This document shows positions 38,574-49,767 of a stretch of 64,000 bases of DNA, one piece after another. Below the pieces are notes generated by a model. The model saw only the letters and a list, made by a program, of their open reading frames with translations. It was not told the origin of the DNA and ran no database searches. Numbering within the stretch: position 1 is the stretch's first letter; the number at the start of each line of letters is the position of its first letter. The stretch comes from Eledone cirrhosa. Lineage: Eukaryota. The translations under genes and the position numbers were made by a program. The stretch is taken from NCBI GenBank assembly GCA_964016885.1, contig OZ024762.1, positions 4,960,001-5,024,000 of the forward strand. Reading direction: 5' to 3'.

Positions 38574-38652
38574 GGAGTTCAAACCAGGCCACCTCCCCGA
38601 GTTGAACTCTGGGCAACATTGACTGTCTATTACTCAGTGGCTAAGAGCCTGG
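38574..38652 (+). ncRNA. Candidate HDV-like (nested double-pseudoknot) self-cleaving ribozyme
   Basis: P1 GGAGUUC/GAACUCU with G1-U wobble; P2 CCAGGC/GCCUGG; P3 ACC/GUU (one mismatch); L3 UCCCCGA; GGGCAA; P4 CAUUGA/UCAGUG; J4/2 GCUAA with putative catalytic C at 38641. Confidence 0.7.
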
Positions 38653-39178
38653 AAATTACTGAATAAATGTTTGTGTCATATAATTTGTTGGTTTATTATT
38701 ATAGCTGACCACTTATAGATAAGCATGTTATCCATATCCATATTAATTTGGCATTTGTATAAACTATTTCAAGTAAATAGGGACCATTTTTACATTGACG
38801 GACATCTTTTATATTAATTATCTATATCTATATCTACATATAATATAACAGATTGGAACTTCGATCATCCTTTTGAGAAACGTGGAACAACCACGTCTAT
38901 GCAATGATACACGTTTTACAGTCAGGCAGAAGATGAACCATCTCCTAGAGGTCCCTATTCTAGGTGGGAGCACCTAGAATTGTTCATATACTATGCACAA
39001 ACGGTACAACGAAGAATCTGGTATATCTGGAAGATTTTTTTTACTGTTTTTTGTATCACACGGACCCCACGGACTCGCCTCATACTGTAACCAGACAAAC
39101 ATCCAATACAGTCATTTTCTCTTTTACCTGTCTTCTCTTATCATCTGTTTACTCGGGCGAAGCTGGGTACGTCAACTA

Positions 39179-39224
<46 letters not shown>

Positions 39225-39949
39225 GTGTGTGTGTATCTATGTATGTATGCATGTATGTATGTAAAAGGTAAACAGAAATAACAACACAATCGTTACAGTA
39301 TATGGAAGGGATATATTAGGTTAACGCTTGAAATAGCAGAAAGAGAGTCTTAACGTTTCGGGCGCTAGTCCTTCACCAGAAGAAAGAATGAGAAATAAGA
39401 TAGATTGAAGGGACAGGGGGGGGGGGGGGTTGGAAAAAATGTCTTTAGATAAAAATAACAGGTCCATTCATGTTGCTACCTCTTGGAAAACTGTTGATGC
39501 TGGCGTTTTGTACATCGTTCCTGTGTCAGTGTTGAACAAAAAGGTGACGTGATTGCCTAAACACTGTACGGCGTAATTCGGGCTGTTTGTTTGTTTACAA
39601 ACAAACAAACCGAGCATTATAATAAATGTTCGGAAAACCGATACCTGCTTATATATGTGTGCATGTATGTATATATATACATACTACTGTACGTCTGTAT
39701 ACATATATGTATGTACGTATACATACATACATTTAAGTAAGTGCCGTACTAAGAGTGAGAAATGAAGACTAAAATCCAAAGAGCGCTCGATAAGGATAAA
39801 TATATATCAAATATATAAGAACCGTAGAGCAAATATTTATTAAAATAACAGATTAAAGGTTAAGCAAAGAATCGCTGCTTTCACCCTTAACGGGATCTGA
39901 AACTATATATATTTATGCACACACACACACACAAACATATATACATATA

Positions 39950-40047
39950 CAGGGTGTCCCAAAAAAATGTATACACATTTCGACAGCATTTTAATAAGTA
40001 TTGTCTGTACAGGTAATCAAAGTATTCACTTTTGGGGGACATCCTGT

Positions 40048-40097
<50 letters not shown>

Positions 40098-40220
40098 GTG
40101 CGTGTATATATATATATATGTATACAGGATGTCCCCCAAAAATGTATACTTTGATTACCTGTACAGACAATACTTATTAAAATGCTGTCGAAATGTGTAT
40201 ACATTTTTTTGGACACCCTG
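39950..40220. mobile_element. Two inverted copies of an about 100-bp Tc1-like MITE separated by (TA)n
   Basis: TA|CAGGGTGTCCCAAAA ... TTTGGGGGACATCCTG|TA, then the reverse complement at about 40124-40220. Confidence 0.75.
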
Positions 40221-40344
40221 TATATGTATATATGTGTGTGTGTGTGCATAAATAACGTTTAACTTGTCAACCCATACATAGTTATCACAAAATCATTGAT
40301 CTGAGCCGCGATAAATAAATAAAATATCCTATCTGTCAGCCAGT

Positions 40345-40416
40345 AGCAGAGTGGCGCAGTGGAAGCGTGCTGGGCCCATAACCCAGAGGTCCGTAGATCG
40401 AAACTACGCTCTGCTA
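40345..40416 (+). tRNA. initiator tRNA-Met (CAT), copy 1
   Basis: 72-nt cloverleaf AGCAGAG...CTCTGCTA; A1:U72, GGG/CCC anticodon-stem pairs, T-loop ATCGAAA (eukaryotic initiator hallmarks); downstream TTTTT terminator. Confidence 0.97.
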
Positions 40417-40933
40417 ACGTTTTATTTTATTATTATATATTTTTTGGCATGCGTATTAATAATTGTATAAAACAAATTAAGATGAAGTAAGTAAGTTTCA
40501 ACTATATTAATTGTTTCTACTTTAGGCACAAGGCCAGCAATTACTCAGTGCATTACTGGTACTTTATTTTATCGACCCCGTAAGGATGAAAGGCAAAGTC
40601 AACCTCGGCGGGATTTGAACTCAGATCGTAAAGGGACGTAAAACATAAAATACAGGCCGGCAAATACGATATATTGTTATAAATAATTTAGCGTTAAAAA
40701 GCGTGAAAAAATATATATTGCCATGAATGAAGTTATAAAAAATCGCGGAAGATATTTACGATTCCGCGGATATACGGTGGTTACCACCATATTCTATATG
40801 TATAAAAAAATAAATACACAATTATTACTTAGGTTCTAAGGAAAATTCCGCGAATGCCTGGGGTACACTGTATATATATATTTTTTTTTTTTTCTCAATA
40901 TAATACAGAGGCGCAAAAAAAAAATAAAAACGT

Positions 40934-41005
40934 TAGCAGAGCGTAGTTTCGATCTACGGACCTCTGGGTTATGGGCCCAGCACGCTTCCACTGCGCCACT
41001 CTGCT
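40934..41005 (-). tRNA. initiator tRNA-Met (CAT), copy 2
   Basis: Exact reverse complement of copy 1, with T-run terminator. Confidence 0.97.
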
Positions 41006-41584
41006 ACTGGCTGACAGATAGGATATTTTATTTATTTATCGCGGCTCAGATCAATGACTTTGAGATGTGATGGTAAATGGCTTTGTGTGTATTTCTAGTT
41101 TCGACTTCCTCGTTTGATGTTATATATAAAACTGTCTTCTATCGCTGTTGTTAGTAGTAATACTTCATTTTGGGATTACAGAAAACCTCCAGTAATTTCC
41201 GTGAGTTACAAATGAAAAGCTTTTAGTTTATTAGTTTGTAAACATAATCGTAATCTACGAGGGTCGGCTGAAAGGTTCATAGACTGACCAAGATACTCTC
41301 ATGGAATGACCAAATGAGGTCTATCTTTCAACATAGTCCCTTGAAAGAAACAATGCTGTGATTATTAAGAAGAGTTGAAATTAATGCATGTAAGATTTCA
41401 CAGCTCTAGCATCACTCCATCATAGGCTGACCAAGATACTCTCATGGAATGACCAAATGAGGTTTATTTTTCAACATAGTCTCTGGAAAGAAACAAATTA
41501 ATAAGAAGAGTTGGAATTAAGGCATGCAAGATTTCACAGCACTAACATCACTCCTTCATAGTGAGCCTATGACCAAGATACTCT

Positions 41585-42185
41585 CATGCTATCGGGGTGG
41601 AGTTGGTCACCTGTTGAGACGAATCCCATGAAGTGATCTGGCTTCTTGTTAAACATGGACAGGTCGAGACTTCTGGTATTCTTGGTCCTCTGATGACCAC
41701 CTCCCTTCTCACTGCTAGCGGGGTAGTGTTGACCACATACAGGTGAACTGGTTTCTTTTTAGACCTATAGTGGTGGAGACTACGCTACTTACTGCTGGCG
41801 GATAAGTGTTGACCGTCCACTGGAGTGAACTCTCTGATATGAATTAGCTTCATGTCAAACCTGGAGAGGTGGAGACTTCTGGAGTTCTTGGTCCCTGTAC
41901 CACCTCCTTAATGTCAGTGTAGAGTTGGTCACCCGCAGGTGAACAAGCTACTTGTCAAATCTGTAGCAGTGGAAATTTCTAGTGTTCTGGTCGCTGTACC
42001 ACCTCTCTACACACTGTTGTCGGGGTAGAGTTGTCCACCCGTATGAGTGATCCCCATGGAGTGAACTAATTACTTGTCAAACCTTGAGGTGGAGACTTCT
42101 GATGTTCTTTCTCCCTCTACCACCTCATTACACACTACTGTCGGGGTAGAGTCGATAACACGCAAGAGTGAACTCCGTGAATTGA
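41585..42185 (+). mobile_element. Degenerate tandem repeats of the CRE-like RLE segment
   Basis: Recurrent GTGGAGACTTCTGG...CTTGGTCC...ACCACCTC...GTAGAGTTGGTCACC (VETSGVLGP..TTS..VELVT) every about 100-120 bp. Confidence 0.55.
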
Positions 42186-42208
42186 ACACACCCACAAATA
42201 TAAACTTT

Positions 42209-42248
<40 letters not shown>

Positions 42249-42297
42249 CATGTGGACTAATTTAATAAATCACTTAAATTCAACAACTTTTGTAAGT

Positions 42298-42369
42298 AGC
42301 AGAGTGGCGCAGTGGAAGCGTGCTGGGCCCATAACCCAGAGGTCCGTAGATCGAAACTACGCTCTGCTA
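42298..42369 (+). tRNA. initiator tRNA-Met (CAT), copy 3
   Basis: Identical 72-nt sequence; T-run downstream. Confidence 0.97.
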
Positions 42370-42937
42370 TATAGTGTTTATACTTTTTTTTTATATCTTT
42401 ATTTAAAAGATATTCTTTTTCCATCTAAGTTCATTAAACTGACTCGTGTGGTTTTCTATTTATTCATTAGTCAATTAAACTTATTTTCAACCCCACGAGA
42501 TGAGGGTGTCCGTTGTCGTTGGTCATTGTCCGCGGACCACAGCCCAAACACCGTCGCGCCCTAGCCCCAGAGTCCATTATCTTCTCCCCTTCCCCCTCCT
42601 TTTCTTCTGTGGCTCTAGAGTCCTTGCCTTTTCCTCTCATTTATGGTATTTATAGTCCTTTCCTCTACTTAACTATACAACCAGATCTGCCCTTCTTTGC
42701 ACCTTCCGATTTTTCTCATTATTTAATTTTGCTTTTACCTTTCTTTTTCCTATTTATGTAATCATCATTGGTTTTTAAACCAACTTTGTAAATAAAACCA
42801 AATCAGTGACTCGCATATTAAACTGTAGAAAAGCGATACTTCAGTCAGACACACGCACACATAAACATACTAATATATATATATACACATATGGACTAAT
42901 TAATAAACACTTAAATTCAATAGAAACTTTCGTTATT

Positions 42938-43009
42938 AGCAGAGTGGCGCAGTGGAAGCGTGCTGGGCCCATAACCCAGAGGTCCGTAGATCGAAACTAC
43001 GCTCTGCTA
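42938..43009 (+). tRNA. initiator tRNA-Met (CAT), copy 4
   Basis: Identical 72-nt sequence; TTTT downstream. Confidence 0.97.
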
Positions 43010-43679
43010 AGGATTTTATATATTTTGAATATTTATTTATAAATTTATTCCTTTAAGTTTATTAAACATATGTGGTTTTACTTCTATATACATGAGATAA
43101 TTAAATTTACATTGCAAATATTTTAAAATCTAAATTGAAAAATTATTCTTTCCCATCTAAGTTTAGGGGGTTTATTAAACTATTTTTTTTTATAGAATAG
43201 ATAATAAATATCTAAAATATCTATTCAATATACAAAATCTCTCTGTGTCATGAAAAACATTTGATATTACATGAAAATAATTGAGATGTATATAATTGTT
43301 TCTAGGCACAATTTGAAAGGAGAGGGAAAAGTCAATTAAATCTACCAGTACATTACTGGTACTTTACTTTATCAACCCTGTAAGGATGAAAGGCAAAGTT
43401 AACCTCGGCAGGATTTGAACTCAGAACGTAAAGAGAGCCGTAACTCTATAAGCATGTTGTCCGACGACTAAAAACGAAACACACTATCAAAGGGACAACA
43501 ATGATTTTCTAGGGCCACATTTACGAATCTGTCCTATATAAAAAATAACAACATCTGAATGTTATTTAAATAGGTGTTTAGCTGCTATTTCTAGCAGTTC
43601 GAGCTACCACATTGTGCTGTAAACTGTTGATGTTATCGTTTAGTCTCAAATCAACTCGATAATAAGTAAAAGGTTGAAA

Positions 43680-44070
43680 AAATACAAGCGGCCGAAATGG
43701 GGTTCTTCCGAAAGGTCTCTGGAGTAATGTTACTCGATAGAGTGCGTAACTCGGAGATCAGAGAGTCACTCCTGGTAGAGCCGCTACCTCTTCGAATTGA
43801 GAGATCACAGCTGCGATACTATGGACATGTCGTTAGAATGTCACAGGAAAGAATCGCTGGACAGATTTTACAGGCAAAAACCAACCGGCAGGAGACCCGG
43901 AGCAAGATGGTTCGATAACATCCAGGAGCTCTGCTGGTCTCACTTGGGGATCCAGCCGGATCATTTGGAGGCGGTTGCTTCTGGCAGGACCCACTGGCTG
44001 GTGTTTAAGGACTCTGTGTCACCACACTCTCATGAATAAGTGGGCGAAGAAAAAGAAGAAGGCAATAACG
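43680..44070 (+). mobile_element. RTE-clade LINE 3' end with (GAA)n-like tail
   Basis: IQAAEMGFFRKVSGV...DRVRNSEIRE...QLRYYGHVVRM...GRRPGARWFDNI, a typical RTE C-terminus. Confidence 0.8.
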
Positions 44071-44159
44071 ATGAAGAAGAAGGAAATTGACATAATTAAT
44101 TTAACCACATGTCTGAATGTCCCAAGTTGTTTTAAGAGGAAGTTATCTTGTTTACGTGT

Positions 44160-44210
44160 GTAAAACGTCATCACTTCATGTTTTCTTCGAGATGGCGCGC
44201 TGAAATCAAA
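44160..44210 (+). promoter_or_regulatory. Probable HROB promoter with overlapping YY1-like (AGATGGCG) and E2F-like (TGGCGCGCTGAAA) motifs
   Basis: Isolated CpG-containing motif about 120 bp upstream of the predicted ATG; consistent with an S-phase/DNA-repair gene (inference). Confidence 0.45.
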
Positions 44211-44317
44211 TATTCTGGTCACATTTCTATATCTATCTATTTATATATATGTAATAGTTTAAATTTTATTCTATGTTTAAATAAGAAAACAATCATAATA
44301 TGTAAAAGACAAAAAAT

Positions 44318-44365
44318 ATGTTCAAAATCAATGATGATGATGATGATGACGATGAATTTTGGAAG
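44318..44365 (+). CDS. HROB: HROB predicted first coding exon (MFKINDDDDDDDEFWK)
   Basis: ATG in aatATG context, AAG|gtttgt donor, phase 0 matches the next exon; acidic/Phe N-terminus resembles the vertebrate HROB N-terminal motif. Confidence 0.6.
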
Positions 44366-45819
44366 GTTTGTTTATAACTATAATTTCCGAAGTTTGTATA
44401 TATAGCTTTATAAGGTGTCATGTTTATTATAAGCTGTCTCAGCTTTATATATATATTTCAAAAGTAAAAGATATATGTATATATATCGAGAGAGAGGGAG
44501 CTTTTTATTGAGAAGAACAAAAATCAAACATTTGATATGTTTCGATTCCTCACATTTGTATATATGTATATATATATATACATTTGTATATATATACATT
44601 TGTATATATATATATATATATATATGTTATCGGTATGGTAAACTAACTGTTGTGTAACCACTTCTATATAATATATATATATATACACTCACATTTATAT
44701 ACGAGGGTCAGCTGAAAAGTTCATAGGCTAACTATGATGGATTGATGCTAAATCTTGCATGCATTAATTCCAACCCTTTTAAATAATAACTACATCGTTT
44801 CTTTCCAGGGACGATGTTGAAAAAAATAAACATCCTTTGGTCATTCCATGAGAGCTTCTTGATCAGCCTAAGAACTTTTCAGCGAACCCTCACATACACA
44901 CATAGGGTATCAACAGTTTTGTGTTCAAGTCAGGTATAATCCTTCGGTAATTCACCTGATGGGATTCCTTATTTGAAGGACATTCTTTTAATTAGGGGTC
45001 AATATTATCCTTATTCAATGTTGTCATCCGCCTCCATACATTTTTGTTTAAACTCAAACGGGGTGAGATTTGAGAGGGATTTGGCTGCTATTACAGGCTA
45101 TACAGCTGAATAGAGAATTTCTAAAGAGCACTAGTGGTTGCCATGGTGAAGATGAGATTTGAGGGGGGGGGGGGGGCTGCTATTACAGGTCGTACAGCTG
45201 CGTAGAGAATTTCTAAAGAGCTGTAGTGGTTGCTACGGAAAAGATGAGATAGTTTGTAGTTGATAGAGAGATTGTTGGATCAACAACTTGCATATGTAGC
45301 TGTGTCAAGGAGATGACAGTCTTTATAGTGTTGGTGACCTACATGATAAACACACTCAGTACATCCTGTAAAGTGGTTGGTGATAGGAAGGGCTTCCAAC
45401 TGTAGAAAGCTTGCCAAACAGTTGTGTCAAAGACACTCGGTGGAACATGAAACCGTTTGTAAGCAAGACACAGATCCCTGCTTCAGTACTGACTTGGTCT
45501 ATGTGGACCTGTCCAACCATTGCTAGTAAGGAAAGTGTGTAGCGAAAGAAATGTTTTCCCACGGTGTTCTTTTACTGACATGGCCATCAAGAAGTGGCCT
45601 GCGCCCCCGCAGAGAGGTCAACAGGTCAATTCTCCAGAGGCTAGGTTTTACAGCACCATTCCTATGAAGGAGAACATATCCTGCGGTCATTTGTTATTTA
45701 TCAAAAATAACTAGCCGTCATTATAAATAGGCTGTCCTGTGGTCCTAACACAGAGAATCATCTGTCTCTTCATATAGACAACACAGCTCCCATGCACTGC
45801 CAGCTTACAACCTATGCTA

Positions 45820-46200
45820 ATAATTGTTTCTACTTTTGTCACAAGGCCGGCAATTATCCCAGTGTATTACTGGTACTTTATTTTATCGACCCCGTAAGGA
45901 TGAAAGGCAAAGTCAACCTCAGCGAGGCTTGAACTCAGAACGTAAAGGGCCGTAACTCTTCTACAAAGCATGTCCGACGCTCTACAGATACTACTAATCC
46001 ACCGACCTTGATGATAATAATAATTGTTTCTACTTTTGGCACAAGGCCAGCAATTACCCAGTACATTACTGGTACTTTATGTTATCGACCCCGTAAGGAT
46101 GAAAGGCAAAGTCAACCTCGGCGGGATTTGAACTCAGATCGTAAAGGGACGTAACTATACTGGAAAGCATGGCGTCCGACCCTCTACCGATACTGCCAAT
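45820..46200 (-). mobile_element. Two tandem copies of a second tRNA-derived SINE family
   Basis: Reverse complement: TGGCAGTATCGGTAGAG...CTGAGTTCAAATCCCGCCGAGGTYAACTTTGCCTTTCATCCTTACGGGGTCGATAAAATAAAGTACCAG...GTAGAAACAATTA; more than 15 copies or fragments in the window. Confidence 0.8.
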
Positions 46201-46389
46201 TTAAATGGTTTCTAATGTAGTCAGTCACAAGGCCAGCAAATTTTAGGGAGGCGAGGGGGAAAATCAATTAAATCAACCCCAAATTCTAATTTGAAAATCA
46301 CAATGGACTTTGTCTTTCACGAGAAATATGGTAACAAAAGGGTTAAATGTGTTTTTTTTTTGTTTTTTTTTTCATAATTTTCTTTTAAG

Positions 46390-46669
46390 GAATTCCCCTT
46401 GGAAACATTTGAAGTTGAACCTGTCCCAAAGACTGAGAAACGCAGAAGGTCCCCAATACCTGTTGATTTTGAAGGGAATAAGAAACATTGTACATTGACA
46501 AGGAATGATGTATCTTTGCCAGGTGTTAGCACACCTGGAACTGTCCCAAATTTTATCACACCTACCTCACTTGAGTGTTCTACACTCGTTCCTGATTTAC
46601 AGACACACCCAAACAAAGGGGTTACATTACCTTACACCTTATCACCATGGAAACAGTCACTACAAGCAG
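46390..46669 (+). CDS. HROB: HROB exon 2 (EFPLETFEVEPVPKTEKRRRSP...WKQSLQA)
   Basis: taag|GAA acceptor, G|gtgaga donor; open frame, in phase with the FPGPAG exon. Confidence 0.78.
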
Positions 46670-48249
46670 GTGAGAAACCTTTTTTTTTTTCATTTTTTAA
46701 TATGTTTTTAAGAAAGAAGTAATTATAATAAGTTAGTGGTTAGGGATTTGGATTCACAATTATGAGGCTGTAGGTTCAATTCACAGACAGAGCAATGCAT
46801 TATGTCTTTGAGCAAGACACTTTATTTCATGTTGCTCCTTATGCCAGAAGTTGTAACCAGTAGAGGTAGATAGTATCAGCAATTGGAAACATTGTTTCCA
46901 TGGTCCAATCCTCACTCAGTAAGCAGATGAGGTCTGGGATCTTGTTTTAGTTATAATATTAACCCTTTAGCATATAATCTGGCCAGAATTCTCTCACCTC
47001 TTTCTGCTCAAACCAACTGTAACTGGCCGCTCATACTGATGTCAAAGTATTGTCCTCAAAATAAATATTAAAATCTCATAGATTCAATATTATGTGAGAT
47101 AAAGCCTTTACCATGAAAATACAATAGTATATGTAGAGTAATGTAAATGCTAAAGGGTTAATAAGGTGTAATAATTATAATATTAATAAGGTGTAATAAT
47201 TAATTATAATATTAATAAGGTTGATAAGGTGCAAGGCTTAGTGGTTAGAGAGCTGTGTGCTATGTCCTTGAGCAAGACACTTTATTTCACCTTGCTCCAG
47301 TTCACTCAGCTGTAGAAATAAGTCGTGATGTCTGGTACCAGGCTGAATTAGGCTTTGCCTTTCTCTTGGATATATATAGTGTATATATTATATATTTTAC
47401 ATTGTATATATAGTGTATATATTATATATTTTACATTGTATATATAGTGTATATATTATATATTTTACATTGTATATATAGTGTATATATTATATAATTT
47501 ACATTGTATATATAGTGTATATATTATATAATTTACATTGTATATATAGTGTATATAGGTGTTAGAATGTCGAATAGAAAGCTTTATGGTGTTTGTTCCT
47601 GCTCTCTGAGTTCAAATTCCGCCAAGATCAACTTTCATCCTTTCAAGGTTGATAAAAAAAAGTACCAGTCAAGTACTGGGGTCGATTCTTCCTCTCTCTC
47701 ACTCTCTATCTTTCTCTGGAAGAAATCTGCTGTACTCAGACCTGGAGAGGGATGGGCTCCACCAAGCTTAAAGTGCCCAAGAAATGCCCTATGTCAATTC
47801 AGCGCCACTACGACTCTCTCAGGAGTTACGGGACCATACATATATAGTGTTTACAGTGTATATATGTGTTGTGGCGTCAATGGTGCTAGGCTGTATCAGC
47901 CTTTGATTTTCTCTTGGTCAACATCGATGGTATGGTGAGGGGAGACTAGTATACATGGGTGATTGTTGGTCTTCCACAAAAACACCTTACCAGGGCTTTT
48001 GTCTTATAGGGGAACGTTCTAGATGCAAAACACAGTCATTTATGACCGAAGAGGGTCTTTACCGTTTACCCTAAGGTATATTAAGTGTTAGTTTATAATT
48101 TAGGTACATGGCTACCAGTTTTATGGGGGGGGGGGGGTGATTAAGTCAACCGCAGTACATAACTGTTACCTAAGCTAGAGATAGATAGATAACAATCTAG
48201 TCAAAGATGCTGATGGGGGAAAGATTCAGTCTCTTGTATACACATATAT

Positions 48250-48530
48250 ACACCAGGTCTGAATACAAAAGAACCAAACTCCCATTGTCATGGCCTCCAT
48301 CTCTCCCACTCTCCTCATCTCTCACTATTGTGAGTAAATGGGGGCCCCACATGCTGGCTGCCTCGTGGACAGAGTAGAGAAAGCGTTTCCTGGGAGGATG
48401 GTGAGGGAGACACGCTCGAAAAGCCATTCCAGCTAGCAAGACTCACAACTGTGGGTAGCCAATTCTGTGTCGATGGTGGTAAGCAGAGAAGTGACCCTAC
48501 GGCCAAGGACACCAGAAATCTTTACTGCCA
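48250..48530 (-). mobile_element. CRE-like LINE 3' fragment, unamplified relative of 2390-3150
   Basis: Colinear nucleotide similarity to 2395-2650. Confidence 0.6.
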
Positions 48531-48606
48531 CGGGCTTGACCCAATCATCAAATGACAGAAATACTGTCTTAGAAGTATTTACTCAGTTTCACCATCATTC
48601 TTGCAG

Positions 48607-48749
48607 AAAACTCCTCAATTCTTATGGATTCTTCAAGAGGAAACATCCAAGAAAGTCCAGCCATTAAACAGCTGAGAAATACTCCGGAGACAAATTCTAA
48701 ACGGACAAAAAGGATTTTTCCAGGACCTGCAGGAATTCTTCCAAAGCTT
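48607..48749 (+). CDS. HROB: HROB exon 3 (ENSSILMDSS...KRTKRIFPGPAGILPKL)
   Basis: cag|AA acceptor, CTT|gtaagt donor; R.FPGPAGILP motif conserved in HROB/C17orf53. Confidence 0.9.
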
Positions 48750-48911
48750 GTAAGTCATCATCTCATCTTAATCTCCGTTTAACCTCCATTTTACCACGCT
48801 AGCAGGAATTAGACGAGTTCTGTTGTGATCAGGTGACCATGTCTTGCTTGTACAGAACCGATTCTGGTTTGGTTTCTACAGCTGGATGCCCTTTTTAGCG
48901 TCAACCTCATT

Positions 48912-49265
48912 TTCAGTATGGACTGTGTGCTTTTTGTTGTGACACCTACACGACCACTTTACAGTGTGGACTGGGTGCTTTTTGTCGTGACACCTACACG
49001 ACCAGCTTACAGTGTGGACTGGGTGCTTTTTGTTGTGACACCTACACGACCAGCTTACAGTGTGGACTGGGTGCTTTTTGTCGTGACACCTACACGACCA
49101 GCTTACAGTGTGGACTGGGTGCTTTTTGTCGTGACACCTACACGACCAGCTTACAGTGTGGACTGGGTGCTTTTTGTCGTGACACCTACACGACCACTTT
49201 ACAGTGTTGACAGGGTGCTTTTTGTCGTGACACCTACACCACTTTACAGTGTGGGCTGGATGCTT
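48912..49265. repeat. 48-bp minisatellite derived from the SINE tail, about 7 copies
   Basis: ACAGTGTGGACTGGGTGCTTTTTGTCGTGACACCTACACGACCAGCTT units; the same unit occurs in 1-3 copies in other SINE tails (e.g. 6070, 20290). Confidence 0.9.
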
Positions 49266-49695
49266 TTTAGATTGGTAGAGGTACAGGTACCTAGTGGTAA
49301 GAGTGTTGGACTTACGATCATAATGTCGTGGGTTCGATTCCTGGGCTGCGTGTTGTGTTCTTGAGCAAAACACTTCATTTCCTGTTGCTCCAGTATACTC
49401 AGCTGAAAATGAGTACCAGCAATAGCTGAGGTTTAACCCAGCAATGGACTGGCATCCTGTCCAGGAGAGAGTTTTGTGCTCTCAGCCGCTTTGTGCCAGG
49501 AAACTGGGATAAGCACTAGCCTGATGAACCTTTGGGCTTGGAACAGATTTTAACCCTTCAATGGACTGGTCCCATGTCCAGGGGGAAGTCTTGTACTCTC
49601 AGTTGCCTCATGCGCTGCTTGCAGTGCACGAGGTCATGCCTTGTCTAAATCTGAAAGCTTATCTACCAACAATTTCTTTATTCCGCCATATTTAG

Positions 49696-49767
49696 GTATC
49701 AAGTGACCAACTTGAAGATGTTGTCATGAAGTTAGACTCGGTGACTTCTAATAGTAGGAAAGAAGAA
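49696..49767 (+). CDS. HROB: HROB exon 4 (VSSDQLEDVVMKLDSVTSNSRKEE)
   Basis: tttag|GTA acceptor, GAA|gtaagt donor, 72 nt phase 0-0. Confidence 0.75.
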
